Notes: a model not told the origin generated them from the sequence alone. A stretch of 64,000 bases of DNA from Theionarchaea archaeon (GCA_018992685.1 JACVGT010000011.1:96001-160000), one strand, 5' to 3'; shown: positions 1 to 9,940, counted from the stretch's first letter. Program-made: numbers and translations.

Positions 1-653
1 CTTCCTCTTCCGGATTCAGCAGCAGCCAGAACCACAACCTCTTTTCCCTTTTTTTCATTGGCATAACTTGTAGGATTCCCGAATGCCAATGGTATGGCGG
101 GAGGCTTCAGAGTGAGTGAACATCCCCAGAGAAATGCAATGGTCTCTACGCCCTCTGTCACAGGGTGGCTAGCAAAGACCCGAATAATCGGATTGCTGTC
201 CAGTGCTCTCAGTTGATCCACAGGGTCATTCACTTCATCCTGATTAAACTGAATCCCGAACATTGTAGACACCTGGTTTATGGCCCTTGTTATTCCAAGT
301 TCACGCATCCTGTCACCGCCGTCTGAGAACATGATCAGGCCTCCTCCTTCTTCAACAAAGGTTCTGATGGTTGTTATTTCCTCATCAGAGTATTCGTTAC
401 GAGGGGCAAACAACACCAGAGCGTCATAGTTCTCCTTTGAGAGAGTGAGAGGATCTATGCGTTCTTCCAGAAGTTCAATGGAAAACCCTTCTTTTTCCAG
501 CTCCGCAACCAACTCAGAGAATTTACTTGCTTTTGCTGATGCATGGTATTCATCAATGAGCAGTCTTCGTTGCTTTTCACTCGATATTTCGGTGGGGAGA
601 AGACACACCAGGAGGCAGATGAAACAACAGACAATTGCCATTCTATTCCTCAT
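1..653 (-). CDS. Secreted/membrane protein, DUF4350/GldG-like (class I glutamine amidotransferase-like) domain; runs off the window edge
   Basis: Manual minus-strand reading from ATG at 653: hydrophobic N-terminus, then LLIDEYHA, TIRTFVEEGGGLIMFSDG; not in the ORF track because it is truncated by the edge. Confidence 0.6.
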   Translation of the reverse strand, partial: MRNRMAIVCCFICLLVCLLPTEISSEKQRRLLIDEYHASAKASKFSELVAELEKEGFSIELLEERIDPLTLSKENYDALVLFAPRNEYSDEEITTIRTFVEEGGGLIMFSDGGDRMRELGITRAINQVSTMFGIQFNQDEVNDPVDQLRALDSNPIIRVFASHPVTEGVETIAFLWGCSLTLKPPAIPLAFGNPTSYANEKKGKEVVVLAAAESGRG

Positions 654-993
654 AGCACAGCACCTCAGCTCTTGACTGAATCCAGCCATAAATACCTTTG
701 GTATTGAGGTGTTTTTTGTGGTGACGGAAATCTTGAGTTAGCAGGAAAAGACCACCGGGAATGCAGATCCTTCGATGGGCTCTGAAACCAGAATGTACCC
801 AAATGAGAAATGAGACCAGAATGTTGATATCCATATTCTTCCAGATACTCTGGATTTCAGGAGAAGAGAAATGATTGAAAGGAGTATGTAGGGAGTCAAG
901 GTGACTGTTCTTGTCAAGGATATGCCACTGAATACCTTACATCCCACTGAGATGACAAAAATCCTTTTAATAGACTACCCCCATGTCTGTGGT

Positions 994-1566
994 ATGGCTG
1001 AAGGACTGTGGACCTGGAACCAATGCGGGTCGCAAATACTCACTCTAAAGCACAGGCTCGGGTTTGGTGACACCATAGAATTCCTCAAGTATACCGTGGA
1101 AGATACTGGCATTATCCGCGACACCATGACTGACACTCACACTGAGGATATAGAGCTCATGTACTGGATTTTGGCTACCTATTCCAGAGCTACACAGATC
1201 ACACTAAATCACGAACTGGTCCCCTATGACAAACTCCCTGGTGGGTATGCCTTTTTTGGGGCATTTCGGAACCTGGCAATCAATCCTCTCTTACCTGTTT
1301 TCGGCAGTAATACTGACATATTTGAAGAATGCTGTTCGTATTTTGAAGGAGAAAGACAATCCTTTGGAGATGCGTCATTCACGATACGTGCCCTTCCCTT
1401 GGTGCCCATTACTCTTGTTTTGTGGAAAAGGAGTGACGAGTTCCCTCCCCGCTGTTCAATACTGTATGACACATCTGCCTCACAGGTTCTGGCCACCGAA
1501 GCCCTGGCCCACCTGGGGGAACTTCTGTCCCATCGGCTGATACAAGCATCTGAGGTGATCCTGTGA
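994..1566 (+). CDS. DUF3786 domain protein
   Basis: ORF 901..1566, likely start ATG 994 after a TATA-like ttttaa; motifs LVPYDKLPGG, GDASFTIRALPLVPITLVLW..DEFP..CSILYD. Confidence 0.75.
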   Translation: MAEGLWTWNQCGSQILTLKHRLGFGDTIEFLKYTVEDTGIIRDTMTDTHTEDIELMYWILATYSRATQITLNHELVPYDKLPGGYAFFGAFRNLAINPLLPVFGSNTDIFEECCSYFEGERQSFGDASFTIRALPLVPITLVLWKRSDEFPPRCSILYDTSASQVLATEALAHLGELLSHRLIQASEVIL

Positions 1567-1814
1567 TTGAAATCGAAGTGGTCAGAATCCTGGAAGGCGG
1601 GGCTTGTCCTTTTGGATTCAAGCCAGGTGATATCTTTCAGATTGACGAGAACCCACCCGCTGAATTATGCCATTGGGCATACCTGGTTATTCTGCCTTTC
1701 GCTACGGCATTGCGATTTGGTGGAGATATTCCCTGGGAAGAAAAGGGTATATGCAGTGTATGCTGCCCGGATCCCAAGAATCCTGTAGTATTTGAAATTC
1801 GAAGGGTGAAATAA
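1563..1814 (+). CDS. TIGR04076-family small Cys-rich protein
   Basis: G.CP.G.K.GD.F, LC.WA, CCPDP.NPVVFEI pattern; overlaps the upstream stop codon. Confidence 0.8.
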   Translation: MIEIEVVRILEGGACPFGFKPGDIFQIDENPPAELCHWAYLVILPFATALRFGGDIPWEEKGICSVCCPDPKNPVVFEIRRVK

Positions 1815-2518
1815 TGTTAGAAGATGTTGAGAATCTATTCCATGAGTTAATCAAGGGGAAAGAAGGAATAATTGGAGCCTGCCCCTATGATGCTGTTCTT
1901 GAAAGGTTAGTGCCTGTACAGCAGAATGTCCTGACTTCCTTGGGTACAGGGAAATCTCTGATTGTTTTCGGTGTCTTTCACTCTCCTCACGCTCTCTCCT
2001 CCATCAACCTGAAGAAAAACGGAAAGACCGATTATGCCTCCTGGAATATCTATGCACGGGAATACCGCCAGCTGAACACGCTCTTGAACAGCATCGCAGA
2101 CGCAATAGCCAAATACGTAGAAGGTGTTCCTGTTCCGGCTACCACGCAGGGTGTGGCCACCACCATTGACCGGGTGGAAGACTACTATACAGGGTGTGTC
2201 TCCCACAGGGTGGGTGCTGAACTGGCAGGACTGGGGTGGAGGGGAAAGAATGAGCTCATTGTTACACGTGACAAGGGGTGCGCTGTCCGGTTTGCTTCCG
2301 TCATCTGCCCTTCCAGTCTAGAGTACGGAAGCAGAGTGGAAAACAACTGTCATGATTGCACTTCCTGCCTGGACGTGTGCTCTATCTTGAGAAAAAAGAC
2401 TATTCTCAAAAACTACCGTGAACAATGCAGACGTTTTATTGTGAGGTTAAACCTTGAAGGAGATGTGTGCGGGAAATGTGTCAAAGCATGTTACAATCAT
2501 TGGACTCTCCAGCGCTAA
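1814..2518 (+). CDS. Epoxyqueuosine reductase (QueG)-like Fe-S/cobalamin protein
   Basis: VSHRVGAELAGLGWRGKNELIVT...G.AVRFASV, CxxCxxCxxxC and CGKCVKAC. Confidence 0.75.
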   Translation: MLEDVENLFHELIKGKEGIIGACPYDAVLERLVPVQQNVLTSLGTGKSLIVFGVFHSPHALSSINLKKNGKTDYASWNIYAREYRQLNTLLNSIADAIAKYVEGVPVPATTQGVATTIDRVEDYYTGCVSHRVGAELAGLGWRGKNELIVTRDKGCAVRFASVICPSSLEYGSRVENNCHDCTSCLDVCSILRKKTILKNYREQCRRFIVRLNLEGDVCGKCVKACYNHWTLQR

Positions 2519-2768
2519 TCGTCAACAACACTGGAATCTCTCTGTAATAAATGTAAGAAGGGGCCAGGGGAAAGTCCCCAGGCCGTTCAAAGAAGGGGGG
2601 GGTGAAAGATCGCATTCCGGACACAAATGCACTCAAGCTTTACTACAACTTTCTACTATATAAACTTTGGGCTTTTTAAAGGCCCATACTCTCCGAAGTT
2701 TCCATCTAATCTCATTCCTTTCTGTGTTTCTTAACAAAGGCAGAGACAACCCTTTCCAGGAGGGCTCT

Positions 2769-3773
2769 TCAGTCTTCCACAATGCTCTTCAGAGTCTTGA
2801 TAATGTACGTTTTCCCATGTTTAGTACGGGATATAATTCGTTTATTCTCTAGTTCACTTATGATTCGAGTAATTTTCGGTCTTGAGAATCCAGTAATATC
2901 TGGAAGTTCCTCTTGCTTAATACCTTCTCCAATGGCTTCCATCACCTTTTGCTCATCTTCATCCAGCACAAAAATGGGAATCTCCCTTCTCTGTACTTTT
3001 TTTACTCCTTTAAATAGGAAATACCCAGCTACCAATCCCACCAGTGCCCCCACAGTGAGAGGGACGGGTCTATATATGAGGGGAATAACAGGCTCTTCCC
3101 TGATTACAGGGATCTCCTTGATCTCAATATCTTTGCCCACTCTCCTGACTTCCAACCCCTTTTCCTGCAGGATGGTTTCTATTTCTCCAGAAATCTTAGG
3201 GCCTACGAGGTACGCTTTCTGCACCTGCAGAACTTCCAGAGCCTGTATGGTGGTTGCTGGCAGTTCATCTTCCTTTGTCAGAAGGATGGGGGCCTGTAAA
3301 TTGATAGAAATACTGGAGGCAATCAAGTACGACTCAGTTACATCTGCATGAGCGATGACTGCAGCTTCAGAAGAGTCCCACAACTCAATAGCCACCCTGG
3401 CAGCTGTACCGATTCTATCCCAATCCCACAGCCGATTCACCTGGAACCCCATCTCTTTGAGCTCCCCTTCCACGTCAGCAGAAATAGCTGTATCTGCTCC
3501 GCCAATAATGAGAACAGTGGCTGCACCCTGTCCCCTGTAGCCCAGAAGTTCTCTGCGTACTGTTTCTGTCAGGAAGAGAGGATCAGTTGTAATAATTGGT
3601 ATTCCTTCCTTGTGAGAATATGCCTGAGCTATAACATAATCGATGGGCAGATCTGCTCTGACAAGAATCACATCATAAGACTTCTCAATTGCGTCTGCCA
3701 GGAAAACCATGGGAATGGCTGTGACTGCAACCGCCAGTATGAGAAAACTCCGCTGAAAAAGGGTGGTTTTCAT
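2769..3773 (-). CDS. Cell-wall-binding repeat 2 (CWB2)-like ectodomain + TM helix + C-terminal winged HTH
   Basis: Signal peptide; PIITT, LIIGG..AIS..VE.EL, RLW..DR..TA, APILLT; TM VPLTVGALVGLVAGYFLF; C-terminal IKQEELPDITGFSRPKITRIISELE..IISRTKHGKT. Confidence 0.75.
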   Translation of the reverse strand: MKTTLFQRSFLILAVAVTAIPMVFLADAIEKSYDVILVRADLPIDYVIAQAYSHKEGIPIITTDPLFLTETVRRELLGYRGQGAATVLIIGGADTAISADVEGELKEMGFQVNRLWDWDRIGTAARVAIELWDSSEAAVIAHADVTESYLIASSISINLQAPILLTKEDELPATTIQALEVLQVQKAYLVGPKISGEIETILQEKGLEVRRVGKDIEIKEIPVIREEPVIPLIYRPVPLTVGALVGLVAGYFLFKGVKKVQRREIPIFVLDEDEQKVMEAIGEGIKQEELPDITGFSRPKITRIISELENKRIISRTKHGKTYIIKTLKSIVED

Positions 3774-3975
3774 GTATCTACATACAAAGCACCACAATTT
3801 AAGTGTTTCCACTATCTTTCCTTTTCTTCTACTTTCTTAGAGTTGATTTCTCCTAAAAACGATAGGAACGAAAATACAAGAAATGGGGATACTGAAGTGA
3901 GCACCTACTCGATTCACTGTGCACTGAACCATGCGTGAGTAAACCTTTTAAGCGCATCATAGACATTCTGTACAC

Positions 3976-4221
3976 ATGAGCGAGGAACCACCGAAAAAGA
4001 AGATTCAACTGGTGCTTCAGTATTATTCTGCATGTGACATCTGTCAGAGGGACAAGACCAAGCTTTGCGAGCAACGGATTCCCGAAGACGTCAGGCAGAC
4101 GTACTTCATGACCATTCTTCCTCGGTGGGAAGACGATATTACAAAACGGTGCAAGCATTTTAGACTGCACAAAGGTAGAATGGAGAAACTCCTGGAGAGG
4201 ATCAGTAGGAGTGAATGGTAA
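3976..4221 (+). CDS. Small hypothetical protein with CxxC
   Basis: 81-aa ATG ORF preceded by aaaccttttta (BRE/TATA-like). Confidence 0.5.
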   Translation: MSEEPPKKKIQLVLQYYSACDICQRDKTKLCEQRIPEDVRQTYFMTILPRWEDDITKRCKHFRLHKGRMEKLLERISRSEW

Positions 4222-4263
4222 CCTGCGAGAAAGAGGGCTTTTAAGTTCTCATATCAGAGTCTT

Positions 4264-5070
4264 TCACCGAACGCTGACATCGAACACAATGTGCCACACA
4301 CCGGGCGAATATTTCTTTATCCTTCGCATGCCCTCAATGGTTATTTCTTTTCCTATTTTTCCGGCCGTGTCTGCCAGTCTTTCCGTGGCTCTGTCGATTC
4401 TCCCCTCCGGAACAAATTCATGGTACACAAGGACCCCGCGATCCACCAGGGTAAATGCCTTTTCGAGGTATGTATGTGCCTTGGGATGGCCCATTATCAC
4501 CCTGTCTGCTGAACCTTCGTATTCATTGCAGTCTGTGAGATGCGGAGTCACCAGATGAGTTACTCTGTTCAGAGCAACGTTCTCACACAGAAAATGGTAG
4601 GCATGTTCGTTCTTCTCCAGAGCTTGAACCCGGGAATGGCAGTACTTGGCTATGGGTAGTGTAAAATATCCTATCCCTGCAAACATGTCCACCACCTCTT
4701 CATCCCGAGGGAAGGTGGATACTCGAATTCTCTCATGGATATTTCCCGAACAAAACATGACCTTTGATAGGTCCAAGTGGTACAGAATATTGTTTTCCTT
4801 GTGAATCGTCATCGTTTCAGTGCCAGCAATAATCTTGAAGTCTGGAATACGATATTCGCCATGAATTCTTCCTTTTCGCAAGACTGTCTGTACGCCAAAA
4901 GCGCGTTTGTACGCCTCTCCGATCTCGGACTCAAAGGGTGTATGGTGAGACTTCAAGTGTATGACAAGGATGTCTCCGATCTTCTCAAAGGATTCAGGAA
5001 GATCTTGGAGTACGGGGACAGGAAGAGAACTCAAGGAGTGACGGATGGTTCTCCTCGTTTCAGGCTCCAT
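4264..5070 (-). CDS. Trm5/Taw2 (TYW2)-family SAM-dependent tRNA-modifying transferase
   Basis: HKEN...Y.LDLSKVMF..GN..ER.R, VVDMFAGIGYFTLP, IKKYSPGVWHIVFD. Confidence 0.85.
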   Translation of the reverse strand: MEPETRRTIRHSLSSLPVPVLQDLPESFEKIGDILVIHLKSHHTPFESEIGEAYKRAFGVQTVLRKGRIHGEYRIPDFKIIAGTETMTIHKENNILYHLDLSKVMFCSGNIHERIRVSTFPRDEEVVDMFAGIGYFTLPIAKYCHSRVQALEKNEHAYHFLCENVALNRVTHLVTPHLTDCNEYEGSADRVIMGHPKAHTYLEKAFTLVDRGVLVYHEFVPEGRIDRATERLADTAGKIGKEITIEGMRRIKKYSPGVWHIVFDVSVR

Positions 5071-5358
5071 ACCAGACCTGAAGATTCAGTATAAAAAAGG
5101 TTTGGACATGAGCGCCAGCGGTGCATCCGCCCACCAACAGGGTGTGCACCTCTCCTGCAAACATACCAAAGAAGATATTCTTCTTCCCGTATTCTGGATT
5201 CTAAACGATTTAGAGTGAGCTGAATAGAGCCCATGACAAAAGGAGAGGCCTTGGGACGAATGGATTCGCAAGATACGATCTTAAATCCTTGCCACACTTC
5301 CACTAAAAGTATTTAAGAACCAATAAGTATAAATACGATACTGTAGCAATGAGGCCGA

Positions 5359-5432
5359 GGGCCTGTAGCTTAGTTTGGTAGAGCGCCTGGCTCATAACCA
5401 GGCGGTCAGGGGTTCAAATCCCCCCAGGCCCA
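5359..5432 (+). tRNA. tRNA with CAU anticodon, most likely tRNA-Ile2 (agmatidine type) rather than Met
   Basis: GGGCCTG/CAGGCCC acceptor stem, CCTGG-CTCATAA-CCAGG anticodon arm, GGTTCAAATCC T arm; TATA gtataaata at 5327-5335; no encoded CCA; GGGCC start resembles archaeal Ile2. Confidence 0.93.
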
Positions 5433-5929
5433 TTGAATTCTCCAGAGTTCCTCTCGGGTTTTGACTCTAGTCTTCCAGATTGGATTGTCCAGAGGGATGG
5501 CTGCGCGCTGTAGAAGGACACCTCCCCTTCTTTTCATTCCACCAATCCTCTTTCCTCTGGTTTCCAGCGTCGAGAACACGTAGCACATTCTGGAGGAATC
5601 TGTGACGCTGCCCACATTTAACCCACATGGAACCCCTCTTTGCCTTAGAACCTTCCACATTTCGTGCAAGTTTCTCTTCCTGGGTGCGAGACGACTTTCT
5701 TACCAGATCGTCAATGACGGTTATCCGATTCACTCTTCTGTCTACACATATCACGTGCTTTTTCATTTTGCTTTTCAAGATTCTGCGGATATTGGCACTC
5801 CTCCATTCCTGAGTCTCCCACGAAGAACATTCAGACATGTTGGTTACATAACCAGTCTCAAATTTTATATATATAGGAAAGAGAAGGAATCTGGAGTTAG
5901 CAGGCCATTTCTGACTGAAAGGTGAAACC

Positions 5930-8635
5930 ATGTCTGGAATGCTAGAAAGATTGGACATGAAAGAAATCATCGATATCCTGAAGAGTATGGATGTCATACC
6001 CCAGGAGTCACTGGCCACGGGAGAACACAGAAATCCCTCTTTAGACCTTGATCACGGTTTGAATGAGACACTTGGAGATCTGCACAAGAATATTTTTGGA
6101 ACGTTGGAAAATGCAAAGATTGGCATTTCTGTCATTGGGAGGGACAATCTTGTTCTGTACCAGAACGAAACGGTGAAGAGAGATTTCGGTGACGTCGTGG
6201 GGTGCATCTGTTACAGTGCTTTCGCAGATTCAAGTGAACCGTGCCCCTCATGTCCTGTATATGAGTGCATGGATGAAGGTAGAGTAAGGACTGGCTACAT
6301 GTTGACCAAGAGCCAGAAAAAAATGGAGCTGATTGCAGTTCCCTTCCCTATTGGCGGGCCTGCTGACAGAGCTATTGTCGTTATGATTGACACGGCCTAT
6401 CGATTCAAGGCTGAAGATGCAGCCCAGGAATCAGAGGAGAAATACCGCTGCCTTTTTGAAAGTTCCATAGAAGGAGTATGTGTGGCTAGGGGCTACCAGA
6501 TTGTCTCTGCCAATAGATCAGCTCTTGACATTCTGGGCTATGAGACACTGGAAGAATTGGCTAAAATATCCTTACTGGACCACGTAGCTCCAGAATGCAG
6601 ACACACAATAGAAGATAGAAGAGTAAAGAGAGCACAAGGAAAAGAGCTCTCAACTTCTCTTGATATTCGTGTTCTATGCAAGGATAGAAGAAAAAAACAT
6701 ATTGAAGTATCTACCACAACCCTCATGATCGGAAATGAAACCTATACCATGGCTTCCTTCAGGGACATTACAGAACGCACAAGAATGGAAAGAGCATTGC
6801 GAAAGAGCGAGGAAAAGTACAGGACTCTTGCAGAGAACATTAATGTGGGAGTGTACAGAAATGCAGGGTTCGATGGCAGATTCATTGAAGTGAACCCTGC
6901 CATGCTGAGAATCTTTGGCTATGAAACAAAAGAAGAGTTCATGGAACGAAATATCATAGAATTGTTCCAGTATGTGCCTGACTGCATACGATTAATCTGC
7001 CAAATGGAACAGAATGGATTTGTGAAAGATGAAGAACTGAGATTGAAAAAGAAAGATGGAACCCCCTTTTTTGCATCAATGTCTGCTGTGGCAGTAACAG
7101 ACAGCATGGGCATTTTCAAGCATTTTGATGGGATTGTTGAGGACATAACTGAACGTAAAAGGGCAGAACAGGAACTAAGAGAGTCAGAAGAGAAGTACAG
7201 GAACATCCTGGAGAGCATCGAGGATGGCTATTTTGAAGTTGATCTTGCTGGCAATTTCGTTTTTTTCAATGATTCATTGAGCCACATTCTAGGATATTCT
7301 GGGGCAGAACTGGAGGGTATGAATTACAGAGAACTCCTGGATGAGAAAACAGGAAGAGCAGTTTATGAGGGATTCAACAGAGTTCTCACAGGGAAAACCT
7401 CTGAAAGGGCACTTGATTGGGAGGTAACCAGGGGTGATGGGGAGAAGAGATCCATTGAGGCTTCCATGTCCCTCATACGTGATTCTGAAGGGGACCCTGT
7501 TGGATTTCGAGGCATAGCTCGCGATGTCACTGAACGGAAAGAAGCTGAACGAGAGTTGACCCTTCTATCCACAGCCGTGAAAATGTCAAATGAATGCATT
7601 TTGATTACCGATGCAACAGGGAAGATTGTGGATGCTAACGACGCCACTTTGAAACTGTACGGAGGGCTTCAGAAGGGGGACTTGCTGGACAAGAACGGAC
7701 TGATATTTGTCGCGCCTGAGGATCGTAGAAAAGTACAGGCCGCCTTCAATGAAATGCTGGAGGACGAATTTCAAGGAACACACGAATTCGATGTAATTCT
7801 GAGAAACGAAAACAGAATTACCCTTGAAACAAACATTACCATTCTGAAAGATGATCAAGGAGCCATAAAAGGAGTCATTATTACAGCACGAGATATTACT
7901 GAACGAAAGAAAGCCGAAAGAAACATGAAAAGGAGGCTGATGAAGTATGACCTGGAAGAAGGGAATTTGTATTCTTACCAGGAGGATGCTCCTGAAATCA
8001 CACTTGAAGCCTTCAAGGATCTGCTCAAGGTAGGTTACCATGGGCTGATCATTTCCAGAGACCCCCGTGCCAGATTTGAAAACAGAATTGAGAATGGATT
8101 CGACTACTTGTGGCTTGCAGAGAGGAATCACGAAGCTGTAATGACCCATAACCTTGAAGATATCAAGAAGAGAATTGGCTCATTAAGAACGGCCAGTACT
8201 GTTCTGATAGATAGGGTTGACTATCTCATTTTCAAGAATGGATTTGAGAAAACCTTCTCGCTTGTGTGTGATCTGAGAGAGATGGCATACCTTCACAACC
8301 ACGTCATCATATTTTCTGTTGATCCTTCAACTATGGCTGAGAAGGAATTGAAGCAATTCATGAAGGAGACCATGAAGATTGTATCCATCGAGAAGGAAGA
8401 AATCCCTGAAAATCTCTTCGAGTTCCTAAGGGCGATTCGTAGGGAAAACATTGTTGGAAAAAACCCTTCCTATACTGAGGCAGGAGAAAAGGTCGGTGTC
8501 AGCAAACCAACGGCCAGAAGGAGGATCAGAATCCTCTTGAACAGGGGGTACTTGAGGGAACTGAAAAGAGGCAGAAAGAAAGTTCTTGAACTGACAGAAA
8601 AGGCGAGAGCTACTTTGGGAATTCCAATACCATGA
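5930..8635 (+). CDS. Multi-PAS/PAC sensor with DUF835 domain and C-terminal winged HTH
   Basis: Four DIT/DVTER PAC ends with SEEKYR linkers plus an N-terminal CY..F....PC..CP PAS-like domain; VLIDRVDYLIFKNGF DUF835 motif; GVSKPTARRRI..L...GYL wHTH; no HisKA/HATPase. Confidence 0.9.
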   Translation: MSGMLERLDMKEIIDILKSMDVIPQESLATGEHRNPSLDLDHGLNETLGDLHKNIFGTLENAKIGISVIGRDNLVLYQNETVKRDFGDVVGCICYSAFADSSEPCPSCPVYECMDEGRVRTGYMLTKSQKKMELIAVPFPIGGPADRAIVVMIDTAYRFKAEDAAQESEEKYRCLFESSIEGVCVARGYQIVSANRSALDILGYETLEELAKISLLDHVAPECRHTIEDRRVKRAQGKELSTSLDIRVLCKDRRKKHIEVSTTTLMIGNETYTMASFRDITERTRMERALRKSEEKYRTLAENINVGVYRNAGFDGRFIEVNPAMLRIFGYETKEEFMERNIIELFQYVPDCIRLICQMEQNGFVKDEELRLKKKDGTPFFASMSAVAVTDSMGIFKHFDGIVEDITERKRAEQELRESEEKYRNILESIEDGYFEVDLAGNFVFFNDSLSHILGYSGAELEGMNYRELLDEKTGRAVYEGFNRVLTGKTSERALDWEVTRGDGEKRSIEASMSLIRDSEGDPVGFRGIARDVTERKEAERELTLLSTAVKMSNECILITDATGKIVDANDATLKLYGGLQKGDLLDKNGLIFVAPEDRRKVQAAFNEMLEDEFQGTHEFDVILRNENRITLETNITILKDDQGAIKGVIITARDITERKKAERNMKRRLMKYDLEEGNLYSYQEDAPEITLEAFKDLLKVGYHGLIISRDPRARFENRIENGFDYLWLAERNHEAVMTHNLEDIKKRIGSLRTASTVLIDRVDYLIFKNGFEKTFSLVCDLREMAYLHNHVIIFSVDPSTMAEKELKQFMKETMKIVSIEKEEIPENLFEFLRAIRRENIVGKNPSYTEAGEKVGVSKPTARRRIRILLNRGYLRELKRGRKKVLELTEKARATLGIPIP

Positions 8636-8785
8636 GTGAGGGATTGGGGTAGGAGAGTTGAAGTTTCTCTCAGGCTCAGAGTCCTTTTCTGGTCAACAAT
8701 GGTGAAACCCTCTTTCACTCTTTTTTTCATATACCTATTTATTCAGTGAAAACCCGGTCGAATGCAAAGTGCAGGAGGAAAAAAA

Positions 8786-9160
8786 ATGGCAGGGAAATCA
8801 AAAGTGGAGGAGCTGACCACCGTATTAAAGGATCTTGAAAGTACCACTCCCGACATTGAAGCGTTTGCTGTGGTTTCAGTAGATGGGTTGATGATTGCTT
8901 CTGCTCTACCACGAGACGTGGAAGAAGATAGAGTAGCTGCCATGTCAGCTGCCATGCTGTCACTGGGTGAGAGGACAGCCAAAGAACTGGCCAGAGGAGA
9001 CCTATCAGAGGTGTATGTCAAGGGAGAGACTGGATACATCGTGTTGATTGCTGCAGGTGAGAATGCAGTACTGACAGCTCTTGCCAGAAAAGACGCGAAA
9101 CTGGGATTGGTGTTTCTCGACATGAAAAGAGCAGCTGAAGCAGTGGCAGTTTTGGTTTAG
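8786..9160 (+). CDS. Roadblock/LC7 (MglB-like) protein, copy 1
   Basis: AVVSVDGLMIASALP..VEEDRVAAMSAAMLSLGER...EL.RG, KLGLVFLDM; RBS ggagg. Confidence 0.95.
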   Translation: MAGKSKVEELTTVLKDLESTTPDIEAFAVVSVDGLMIASALPRDVEEDRVAAMSAAMLSLGERTAKELARGDLSEVYVKGETGYIVLIAAGENAVLTALARKDAKLGLVFLDMKRAAEAVAVLV

Positions 9161-9169
9161 GTGGGCTCA

Positions 9170-9796
9170 ATGACTGAAAAGATGATTGACACCTTCCTCA
9201 TGAGAACCTACTTGGAGACCGTCGAGAACATTGTGGGACCTAATGGTCTCAAATCGGTTCTAAACTTTGCCCACCTTGAGAAGTACATTGACAATTTCCC
9301 TTCAAAAAACGGAGGATTGACAGTTCCTGTTAAGGATACCCAGGAACTGTTTCATGCTCTGAAAGAAGTATTTGGTGAAAAGGGGACCCGCAGTTTCTCA
9401 CTTCGAGTCGGTAGAGGATTTGCCCGCTTAGCAACCGAAGGGCTGTCTGACATGGCAAAAGCCCTGCAGGTGGTGGCTCGCCTCCTCCCTGAAGGTAAGA
9501 AGATGCGTGTGATGTTGGAAAAGATAATAGAACAAAATTACAAAATGTATACCGTCACCCCAGGTACTCCGACCATTACTATTGAGGAAACCGAGGATTC
9601 GTTTCTATTCATTCATAGGGATCGCTTTGAGAGCGAAGGAATGCACTCTGAAAAGCCCGTCTGCAACATCTACGTGGGTATGGTTGAGTATTTCATTGAG
9701 TGGATTACTGGACACCGTCATGAAGTCAAGGAAATCAAATGCAGGGCAATGGGACACCCTACTGATGTGTTCAGAATCTCAAAACAGAAGCAGTAG
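9170..9796 (+). CDS. V4R (4-vinyl reductase) domain protein, copy 1
   Basis: C-terminal KPVCNIYVG....IEWITG...EVKEIKCRAMGHPTDVFRI. Confidence 0.85.
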   Translation: MTEKMIDTFLMRTYLETVENIVGPNGLKSVLNFAHLEKYIDNFPSKNGGLTVPVKDTQELFHALKEVFGEKGTRSFSLRVGRGFARLATEGLSDMAKALQVVARLLPEGKKMRVMLEKIIEQNYKMYTVTPGTPTITIEETEDSFLFIHRDRFESEGMHSEKPVCNIYVGMVEYFIEWITGHRHEVKEIKCRAMGHPTDVFRISKQKQ

Positions 9797-9916
9797 TCCA
9801 TGAATGAAATCACTCTTTTTTTCTTTGAAGCAGCAATTGACGGTCCATAATGGAGCGAATCCGTTGTGCATGATCGAGGATATTGGGCAACCTACCGTCA
9901 CTAGATTGCCCAAACC

Positions 9917-9940
9917 TTTATAAAGTATAACAGTGTTATA
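9917..9940 (+). promoter_or_regulatory. iscU-iscS promoter: TATA box followed by a perfect palindrome (putative operator)
   Basis: tttataaa at 9917-9924; tataac-agt-gttata at 9926-9940. Confidence 0.55.

Noticed and set aside
2566-2580. ggggaaagtcccc resembling the RNase P RNA GAGGAAAGUCC motif
   Set aside because: No matching 3' P4 element and too little intergenic space; it is explained as a simple hairpin
2782-3938. Long antisense ORFs (e.g. 2782..3351, 3348..3938; likewise 38286..38909)
   Set aside because: Shadow ORFs opposite well-supported genes
5467-5900. Minus-strand ORF after the tRNA as an integrase or transposase
   Set aside because: Only vague similarity (YVTN, HVIC); no intact catalytic motifs, so not called
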